A stretch of 64,000 nucleotides of DNA from Ascidiella aspersa (taxonomy: Eukaryota): the NCBI GenBank assembly GCA_963924565.1, contig OZ004611.1, positions 23,498,001 to 23,562,000 of the forward strand, given 5' to 3'. This document shows, piece after piece, positions 24,907 to 39,133 of the stretch. Under the pieces are notes generated by a model. That model worked only from the letters and a program-made list of their open reading frames with translations, was not told the origin of the DNA and ran no database searches. Position numbers and translations under genes: made by a program. Positions within the stretch are counted from its first letter, which is position 1, and each line of letters begins with the position of its first letter.

Positions 24907-25791
24907 TTAAACATCCTGCTCAAAGCTCTTTTCAGGGAGCTGTCTCTTGTAGAGTTCTGCAAGGCACAGGGCAGTGGAATAGATTATTTCCCTTCGAGAC
25001 ATTCCTGTTAATGCTCTGTGCCAGTCGGAAGGTTTGACCCAGGGTAACTTGGTTTGAATTGTTTCGCCAATCGTTTTTGCAAGTCCAGACCATCGCAGGT
25101 TGTAGTTATCCGGGGTGCTTTTTTGGGCTTCCAGTATGATATCAGACTCGACAGGAACGGCCATCGTGAACAGTTTAATTGTTATATTGTTTTCGGGATC
25201 TTGCAGAAGCACACAGCCGACGTCGAACCATTGCTCTGGCAACTGCTCAACACTGAAGTTTTCAACAGCAACACAAACCTCATTGGCAGGCACCTTGTTA
25301 GCTTTTCTCAGATGGTTGATTCTTTCCTGTGCGCCTTTTAAACCAGCAGTGTAGCCGACTGGCTGAGCAGCTACATTTGATTGTGCTTCCAAGCCAACCA
25401 CAGTGGCAGCACCAAACACCTTCTGGAATGCATCACGTACGGCACCCCACTTTACCTCCTTGTCGGAAGCCACAACTATCGTTATTTCACCACCTTCCTT
25501 GATGTAGGGAGTCATTCCTGGGTCCAAAGTGGTAATCATGCGATCCATGCTGGTTTTCGTCTTTTCCATAACCTTCTGCATGAATTGATTGTTGGATGCA
25601 GACTTGATCCAATTCCAAACACCGCCATGGTTCTCTGCCTGATCGGCCACTGTATCAGGACTTGTTGTTTCTGATGGCTGCTCCAAAGGCTTGTCTTCAC
25701 TTTTGGTGACTGGACTATCCTGGGCAACTGGAGCCTCCGCTGCTTTATTAGCCTCTAACTTTAAATCACTCGATGCAACAGGATCCATCAT
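24907..25791 (-). CDS. PRRC1: PRRC1 homolog (YjjX-like NTPase I/T domain), single coding exon, 294 aa
   Basis: Uninterrupted ORF with GGVWNWIK, KVMEKTKTSMDRMITTLDPGMTPYIKEGG, IVVASDKEVKWGAVRDAFQKVFG, QSNVAAQPVGYTAGLKGAQERI and DWHRALTGMSRREII. An acceptor (ttaattctag) lies 6 nt upstream of the ATG. Confidence 0.93.
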   Translation of the reverse strand: MMDPVASSDLKLEANKAAEAPVAQDSPVTKSEDKPLEQPSETTSPDTVADQAENHGGVWNWIKSASNNQFMQKVMEKTKTSMDRMITTLDPGMTPYIKEGGEITIVVASDKEVKWGAVRDAFQKVFGAATVVGLEAQSNVAAQPVGYTAGLKGAQERINHLRKANKVPANEVCVAVENFSVEQLPEQWFDVGCVLLQDPENNITIKLFTMAVPVESDIILEAQKSTPDNYNLRWSGLAKTIGETIQTKLPWVKPSDWHRALTGMSRREIIYSTALCLAELYKRQLPEKSFEQDV

Positions 25792-26019
25792 TTTGAACTA
25801 GAATTAAGTCTACAATTAATATTTTCCTATAACCAAAACAGGGATTTGATCAGTGACAGTAGTGATTTAACTAACAAGGTAACTATCATAGTGCGCCAAA
25901 ACAAAAATGTATTAGTATTTAGCTTCCTGAGTAACCGAGTAGGAATAATGCCATTTTATTATATAGCAAATTTAAACTTCAGGTTTACACAAGCACAATT
26001 AACTTTTTGTATAACCATC

Positions 26020-26225
26020 GGCGATGTTCTAGAATCCTACCACCTACCTTTATTAAACCAACCCACAATATTTGGGTTAGGGTGCTAGTTAGCGTTTGGG
26101 TGTGGGTGGGTCAAGTATTGCTATATTTATTATTGAACAATAACACTTGACCCACCCTAATCCAATTGCTAACCTGCACCCCAACCAAAATAATGTGCGC
26201 TGTGGTAGGATTCTAGAGCAGCGCC
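26020..26225. mobile_element. Palindromic MITE with ~24-bp TIRs and telomere-like ggttaggg core
   Basis: TIR ggcgatgttctagaatcctaccac / gtggtaggattctagagcagcgcc; TSD taaccatc/taaccatg. Confidence 0.8.
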
Positions 26226-26892
26226 TAACCATGAAAAATTATTTCAAAAAAAAGCAACGCAAGATGTAGACAGAAATATGAATTATGTCTACAACTTTAT
26301 ACAAGTGCACAAAAATATTTTTTTTAATAAAAGGGAAGTTGCAAGGTAACAATTTACATGTATAACAATTATTATATAAGAAAATTCGGCGCTGGTCTAG
26401 AATCCTACCACAATGTGCATTATTTGGTTTAGGGTCGGTCAAGTATTCTTATTAAATAATGAATATATTTATACTTGAACCACCTTCAACCAAAACACAT
26501 GTAAATTTACAGTTTTAGGTTTGTAACAAGCAACACAAAATAGATACAGTTTCACAAATATTTCACGTTGCATTTAACTACGTGATTGTTAAACATTTTT
26601 ACCTGGCAGACCTTTTTTGCATCCTTAAAATAATGGAGGTACATAAACAGATAATTCTAATGGAAATATTTTGAATAACCAATAAAATTAAACATAGTTG
26701 AAATTTAAATATATGTCTGGGCAATTGCTATGCCAGTCTCAATTTATAATAGTGATGGCTGGAAAAGCTGAAATTCTAGTAGCACGATTTACAAATTGTG
26801 ATTTAGAATTGATTTTGCGCTTCCAATTGAATTCACCATTTACTGGCTTGGTTGGCATTAAACAACAACACAATTAAAAACTAAAATCTTAC

Positions 26893-27300
26893 TGTTCCTC
26901 TAAACAACACGAGACTTTGGTTTTGCTACGATACGATTCGTTGACCACAAACGTAATTTCCTCTGTTTCCACAACGATTCACATCAAACGTGTCAAAATT
27001 GCAACACTGTTGTAAACAGGTTGACAAAAAATATAACTGATCAAATGTTTACCCAAAATCGGTGAAAAATTAGATTGCCCTGTGAACAAAATTGTGAAAC
27101 CTCACGTGAAAACTACGCCTGATTGCAAAACGTGCTGTAAGGAAAATGACGAGCTAGTTTGAAAGTGCTAAGTCAACGAGAGAAAGTTTACAGCTTAACC
27201 ATTGACATCCAGTCCAGTTGTCTGCCCTGATTTTTTGTTTACATTAATCGTTTAGTTGTAAACATTAATAGGCCATATTTTCGTGTACGGGAAGTTGATT
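26893..27300. promoter_or_regulatory. Bidirectional promoter region between PRRC1/FMR1 (minus) and NKAP (plus), with a probable non-coding first exon
   Basis: Local CpG-retaining patch within a CpG-poor domain between divergent genes. E-box tcacgtga at 27102-27109; tgtaaaca motifs at ~27012 and ~27258; minus-strand donor gaaca|gtaaga at 26893/26892. Confidence 0.6.
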
Positions 27301-27379
27301 TAACGGTGTTCTATTTCTTTTAAATACACAGGTATGCAATAGTTAACTGCATACAGGATTTTAACAGCAAGTTCCAAAA

Positions 27380-32208
<4,829 letters not shown>

Positions 32209-34137
32209 TTTGCGAGCGACGGTACGCCGGGTTTCGAGGGGAGTTTTCTCGCCGATCGCCATTTTTTTTTTGAAATTCCACACGGCGTTTCGGGAGGCGT
32301 TTTCCGGCGCGCGTTTTTGGTGCTCGCCAGGCGGACTTCATTGCGAGGCGAGACGGCGCCGGGTGGTGGAGAGACGTGGGAATGACGTTCCAACGTTGCT
32401 ATTTCCAGCAAATCGTTTCCGGCAACACCGGTCAATACTGATATTGTTCAAAGATCTACTTGAAACGTCTACTTGCAATAGTTCGACCTGGCTCGTTTGG
32501 CCCAATAGGCCGCGTGCTCTTTTGACCTGTTCACGTTTATTTTGGCTCACGCGCCTAGCTCGAATGTTTCTCGCGTATAGCGATTGACATTACGATCCAG
32601 CACGTCAGATTTCTTCGAGCCAGCAGCCTGAATTGGAAAATAAGAAGTAACTACTGCTGTAATGCCTTTAGATCCCTGTCTTTTTAACTTTTTAGCAACG
32701 GAATACTTGATGCGTAAAAATCTGTTACGAAACACCAAACTAAAGTTGATTATATACTGCATTAAAATAAACAACGCAACAACATTTTTTTACTTTCAGT
32801 TTTTTTTGTCCTATATTTGAACCTGTTTGAATAAGAACAAAAAATATATTCGGATGTGTATATTATTGTACTTAAGCAGCAAACAGGAAATTCCCATCCT
32901 ATAATCACACAATAATAATTCAAGCATTCTTGATGAAGCATTTGAACTGCTGATAAGGGTTTCTTACTTTCATTAAACAAAGACAACTTGCGTTCATTGT
33001 GTTAAACAAGGTGAGACTAAAGCATTAGTCTAATTTATACATTCGTTGCCGAACATCTGAAATCTTTTACGGAACACTAGTGTTTCGCGGAATAGCGATT
33101 GAAAATTACTTTCTTCAGGGGCCCTTTCTCAATTTTAATGCTGACCTTTTGTCGAGAAACTTTTTATCTTGTGTTGCCGTGGAAGAGTTCTAAAGAACGT
33201 TTAGGGCCCACCGAGTAGACAAGTTCGAAAATCAAATACCAAAGCGACCTGACATTTACTTCCAGGTTTTTGGCACGATCGGTTTAATGCGTGTGTTATC
33301 TTGGTTTCGTTAAAAATACGCCACTATATCACATCCACCGGTGTGCAATTTCTAATAAAATCAGTCGTTCATACGAACGTATCTCGTGTGATTTCCTGCA
33401 TCGTTGTTAATCATTTGAAAACACTTAGCTGTTTTTTTATTCGAAATTTAAGCAACCAATGAGCAGCAGCTGAGGTTTAGACCAAGTTTTGCGATAAAAA
33501 CATTGTTGATAAGAGGCTTGAGGTTTAGGTTGTTTTCCACAGACTGTATAGACTAGTGCTTCACAATCTGTGTGCCGTTAAACATGTCAGGTGTGCCGCG
33601 GTGTAACTGGCTTTTTTTCAAAGGCACGTTACTTTATTCGCGAAAAGTCGTAATTTAGAAACAATTTCTAAACAAACCGAACTACCAGGCCATCAGCGCG
33701 CTCAAACTATTCAACAATTGTTTACGTCTTTATACGTAAGCGGAACCACGTAGTTGTAATCCATACGCATGCAACTTCTATGGAGAATGTTAGGCATTTT
33801 TGTTATCTGCCTTGGTTCGCACCGTAATCTTTTATCTTGGTTAGTATTTCAAAATCCAAGTCAAACAGTAAAGACAAAAGACAATGTTTCAGTTAGTATA
33901 ATTTTCACAATGCCCTTCAATATCCAAACAATAACCAAAAATTTATTCCTGCTGTCATGCACGCCCGTATAGTGTTGTCCTTGGCTATAAAGCTTGGAAA
34001 TAAGTTAGGTGCACAACTGCTACGGTCGTTCCAACTTTATTGACATGAAGCTGAATATAAGTACAGCGGCGAAAGATGATACGTGTACAGGGGATGGCTG
34101 AAATATTGCCGACAGTCGCGCTTGATCAACGACTTCT

Positions 34138-37100
34138 TTAACGGTGGTGCTCCTCTTCACAATCATTTGGGATTTTACTAAAGACCCTGGTGCACTTCCG
34201 GCCTGCAAAAGCGTAACAAAGACACGTTACAAATATAAAACAAAACAGTAGATAATATGTTGAATGTGAAGTAGACAAGCTACATAATATAGTGCCGCTA
34301 TTTAAAAAAAAACGTATAGCATAATACACAGTTAAGCGATCAAATTGTGCTGTAACAGTGAAAGATACACGGACATATGTGTTCAACAACTGTAGTCTAG
34401 TCCTGTGCTTCCCAACCAGTGGGTCACGAAGCTATTTAAGGTGCGGTTCCGAAGCATTTGTAAATATTACAGTTTCCATTAGATTGGAAAATGAATGCAT
34501 AATCATTACGTAACCTTTATGCAGCAATGTAACAAATACGTAACAATTATATGTTTTGTGTGGCATTAACCATTTCAGTATACGTACGCCAGTAGTAAAG
34601 ATGCAGGTTTTATGTAACTTAATTTGTTTGGTCAAATTTTATTGAGGCACGCACAATAAAACTTGCATTACAAGTGGGGCGCGAACTGAAAAAGGCTGGG
34701 AAGCACTGGTCTAGCCCTTCTGAAGATCATAAAGGCTGGTCATAAAGTTTTAAAAATGGTCATTTAACAGCTTTAAAAGGGCTAGATTACAGTTGTCAAA
34801 CACATATGTGTGTATATCTTCGATTGAATGATATAGCGCTGTAGATTCCCATTGTACAGTTGCTTGTAGGCTTAACATAGTGGAGCAAGCTTTGACGTAT
34901 GGTTGTTTCTCGACTTTTCTGAGTCATTTTAGCTCATTTTGCAGAGCAGCAGACCCGGTAAGGTCGGAGATTTCAATTCTTTCTGCAGGCTTATTGTTTT
35001 TCTAGCTTGCCCTGCTTGCATCATTAATCGATAGATTAGTTTGTCTGCAAGGACTTTCGGAGGGTATAGTAACAGTTTCGACTTTATCTGTGGGTGCAGT
35101 TGTTACAGCGTTGCTTGCCGCCATTAAGTTAAAGTTCACTTTATTAGGCTTTCGTGATATGCTTGACATTGAGAAAACCTCGATGCAAAAGTAAAGCTGG
35201 ACCTATGGTCACCAAACAATGATCCGCTGGGATTTTAATGTCTTGAGCATTTTTGTTTTAATGCCTTCAGCATTAATAAAGATAAGATATGTTTAGCGCT
35301 TGTAGTAAATATTTAGAATTCCGGTTCGTCAAAAAAAGTCCATTTTTGCCGCAAGTTTATTGTTTTTACGGTCCTGGTTACTGGATTATTGGTAGACAAC
35401 TGCACTCCTGGTTACTGGATTATTGGAAGACAACGATATTGCATGGGTCGTCTTACTGTGATGGGCCGTCGTACAACTTCTAATGCATTGTGCACATGGA
35501 CACAGTATGTCGTGAACATCATCGAGGACTTTCTGCAGTTTTTTATTAGAAAGTCCGAGGTGGTCTGCGCCACACTTCCTCAATGCTGCTTTTCGATCTG
35601 AAAAATAAAAGAAGTGAAAAAGTTTCATTGGCATCGCATTAATATGATTGGCAAAACTCGGTTACAGGAGAAGGCCGCGTAATATTAAACTGGTTAATAC
35701 CATACGTAACATGAGAACCGACGGGTATTTTATCTATAAGTCTATTATTCAAACAATTTTTTTAATTTGAAGTTAACATTACTTGACAACGTGCTAAAAA
35801 ATTGGCGATGAGTTAGCACAGAAAAGATAGAAGTTTTACGGAAAAATGCCGCGAGTCGGAATAAACAGCTTAGCGCTCGCGGACCATTTTCTTGCCCGAA
35901 CGCATGAACAATTGAACATGTTTAGAGACGAATTTCCGCCCTAACGGGGGAGCGTATAACGAGTATGGTAGCCTAAAGAAACCTAAGGTTCTCGTTTCAT
36001 CTAGTGCAGAAATATGCTGCTAGAAGCTTTCTAATTGCATTCAAGAAAGATTTGCGCGTACAAATACCATATTTTTGTATCAGTACGGGCGTTTGTGTAA
36101 GAACAGTTTAATGCTGTTGCCGGCCGTCCCAGCTTCCTTTTACCACTGCACTGTCACGGACCGTATTTAGTCCATGTCCGACTAGTAGACTCCTATTCGC
36201 TTTTGTCTACAACAATACTCGCAATAGAAACCACAAAACACAAGGAAGTTATTTGCAAGGCAGCATGCAAAACTCGATTACTTTTCCCTAAAGCTTGTCT
36301 GCAATCTTGAATGGCTTTTATTGTGTCGCATTCATGGCAACCAGTTTGGCAAGCGTCATCGGCTTCTCCCACACAGTCCATAACTAAAAAACATAAAAAA
36401 CATAGATGTTTAAAAACAAGCTAGGTCAACTTTTACTTAAATTTTGCTATTAGTATTTCTCCTTTCGAGCTGGGGCCGGACACCTTTTCCTATAGTCGCG
36501 GACCAAAGTCAAATACTTTTGAAGTGTTCGGCGGGCCGTGATAAGTTTTAACTAATAATATTTTTTTAATACGTGAAAATTTTTGAACTTTTGAAAAAGA
36601 CAATCGTTTATGAAGGGCGGGCCTAGGATTTTTTTAATTAAAACCGGGTCTTATTATATTTAGTAAAAAGCCGGTAATGCTTTCGTTAATTGCATTTCTT
36701 TGGTGTTATATTGGAGTCCACACGGTGTCATACATCGTCACATTGAAAAGGCCCTGCATAATTGACGCTTCATCGCCGGCAAGTAAAGTTTAAGAACATA
36801 AAATCTGCTAACTTTTGTTTCAAAGCTATGCTGTTTAAAAACTGATAAACCATGTAATAAACGCAGCAAAACCATTGCATTTATGATTTTCGAAAAGGCT
36901 CGCATTGTGAAAATTCTAGTTGATTGGTGTACCAAGTACAATAAACCCCCAGAAATACAAAATTAAAATGTTATGTTTCGTTTTCTTAACGTTATTATAA
37001 AGCGGTTTGATGTGTAGGACTTTAGAACATAAGCTATTTTATAGGTCAGTTGTGGTGATAAAAAAAGGTTGCGGGGCATTGTTTTTAGGAATGTTGTTTG

Positions 37101-37278
37101 CCAGTTAAGTTAGAGATTGACTACGGTTTGTTTAACATTATTTGCACTACGTGCTAAGAACCAAGATGTTTGAACGATGAAGTAAAACTACCTTACCTGT
37201 TATAACATGTTTGAACAAAGAACCATAAACAGCATATGTAAAAGTGGCCAGCAAACACAGACCTAACAATAACTTCAT
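34138..37278 (-). CDS. Secreted Cys-rich small protein, paralog A (vanabin-like Cys spacing), 4 exons, 129 aa
   Basis: Exons 37197-37278, 36282-36383, 35457-35597, 34138-34202; all introns phase 1. Protein: MKLLLGLCLLATFTYAVYGSLFKHVITVMDCVGEADDACQTGCHECDTIKAIQDCRQALGKNRKAALRKCGADHLGLSNKKLQKVLDDVHDILCPCAQCIRSCTTAHHSRKCTRVFSKIPNDCEEEHHR*. Signal peptide, 12 mature Cys, AATAAA at 34036-34041, same exon structure as paralog B. Confidence 0.85.
34403..34708. mobile_element. Third copy of the cagtgcttccca MITE family (paralog A intron 3)
   Basis: Termini ctgtgcttccca ... tgggaagcactg; TSD gtctagtc/gtctagcc. Confidence 0.85.
34925..35068 (+). mobile_element. Degenerate copy of a tRNA-headed SINE-like element
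   Basis: ccggtaaggtcggagatttcaattctttctgcaggcttattgtttttctagcttgccctgcttgca aligns to the reverse complement of 49495-49560. Confidence 0.6.
35372..35434. repeat. 34-bp tandem duplication
   Basis: tcctggttactggattattggwagacaac occurs twice. Confidence 0.85.
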
Positions 37279-37967
37279 TTCCGATTTTAAGTTGCTCTGT
37301 AACCCAAGAAATAGAATTTGCAACGTTTACAGGACATTTTAAGCGGTAAAACAGTGTTTAATGAATAGCATTTTGATTTCAAAAAAAGATGACTGGAAGC
37401 GTTTAAAACTATGTGTTGTAAAACTTTAAAACTGAATTAGTCCTCAAGCACAACATACAAAATATATTGATGCGCTATCACAGCGACTTTCTGATGTGCA
37501 ATTTGTGACATAAGGACACCAATTTGCGTAAAACCAAATTTGCCGTTTGGTGTTTCTTGTTCCGAGGGCATTTTTCAATAAAAACAGCGGTACGCATAGT
37601 TAAGTCTCCGTACATTCCTGAATAGGTATAGCTGATGTTCTTACTTCCCGACCAGGAAAATATCCCGCGTTCACTATACTTACTACTGGTTAAATTATTG
37701 ATAAGGATTTCTTATAATATTGCTATATTGTACTAAATAATAATCAACCTAATTTGGTTGATATATATGATAATTATAGGAATTGGTTACTGTGACCAAA
37801 ATTTGTTAGTTTCGATATATTTTTTGTACTGTGCGGAAAAATGCTCCATTACCGAACGATATGATTTTAATAAAAGTCCAGTACCTCATTATTTTGGAAA
37901 ATTAACTTCAAACTGCATTCAACAATCTTAATCTTCTCCTAGCTATACGGCAAACAACTTAACCAAA

Positions 37968-38003
37968 AACTGACATATCAACCAGGTACGTTTGCCCTTT
38001 ATA
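37968..38003 (-). promoter_or_regulatory. Core promoter of paralog A: TATA box plus Initiator
   Basis: Minus-strand TATAAA starts at 38003; TCAGTT (TCAKTY Inr) has its A at 37971, placing TATA at -32. Paralog B shows the same layout. Confidence 0.7.
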
Positions 38004-39133
38004 ACAACCGCTAGTCTAGATTTCGCAACCACGTTTAAAATCACCAACGCCCCCCCTTTTTCACTTCTGCCTCTTTGCCTTTTTCTTTTCGATTGTACGC
38101 GCCGCTTTAAAATTGACTGACGCCTTTTTCCTTTAAAAAGTCAAAAAAATGAAACTAACACCAAAAAGGCCGACGGCCTTTCAACTTTCCAAGATGTTGC
38201 AATTTCACATGGTTTATACTATGAAGTGCAGAGGAATTTCATCGCACACCATTTAGACAAGACAGATTGGCTTAAATATTCTAGTCTCTCTAGCGATTCT
38301 AGTGAGGATCAGACCGACACTACACACGGGTCAAGATCAAATTAAAATATTTTCGGACTTATATTAGAATAATTAAAAAAACACGGGTAGTTTTTGCACG
38401 AAGCCAGAAAATATTGAATAATGAATATATCTGGGTTTGCATGTAATCGGCAGCACAGAACCTGAAACTCAGCAATGTTAGTTTTTGGTCAACTTATTTT
38501 ACAGTATTAACTATTTAGGATTTTTCTGTTATAGCCCTTTTTGGGGAACCAAAAGTAAACGCGACAGAATTTCGGCCAAGATTAAATTTTAGTCGAAACC
38601 ATTGGAGCTAGCATGTTAATATTTTCCTCCTAATGAACATATGTCTCTACCGGTCTATACTTTGTCAACTTAAATAATAAAACTAATTCCGTGTTTTAAA
38701 CACCACTAAAGAATCATACTAGTTTGCTTTCATTTGTAATTTTCCGTTTTATCTCTCCACCCTGTTCATTGCATTTTAAAGAAAATTTTGCGCTTCTGTT
38801 GCTCTATTTTTGCCCCTAACACTGTCAAACTCCTTCATTTTTCTCCCTCCTTTTTTGCTTATACCAAGCCAGCGAAATAAACTTACATCCAGCCAAACAA
38901 ACCACTAGTCCGCTTTTTTGCGTGAGCAAGATTCAATTCCATTTTTGTCATCAAGTATAAGCCTGTATAGTGCTGTCTTTGACAACATGACTTCGAAGTA
39001 AATTAGATGCACGAGTTACGAAGGCAGATCAGCTTTTATGCTGCTAAAGTAATGACAGCGTTGCGGCGAAAAATGCTACGATTACAGGTGTTGGGTGGAA
39101 TATTCCGACAGTCGCGCTTGATCAACGACTTCC

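Noticed and set aside
27325-27370. acacag|gtatgc adjacent acceptor and donor upstream of the NKAP ATG (recursive-splice-like)
   Set aside because: The next AGs are only 25-36 nt away, too short for an intron; more likely a simple 5'-UTR or trans-splice acceptor.
35386-35456. Read-through C-terminus of paralog A exon 3 given by the ORF track
   Set aside because: The donor gtaaga at 35456 is conserved with paralog B, and the downstream exon supplies the shared Cys and EHHR; the read-through runs into a tandem duplication.
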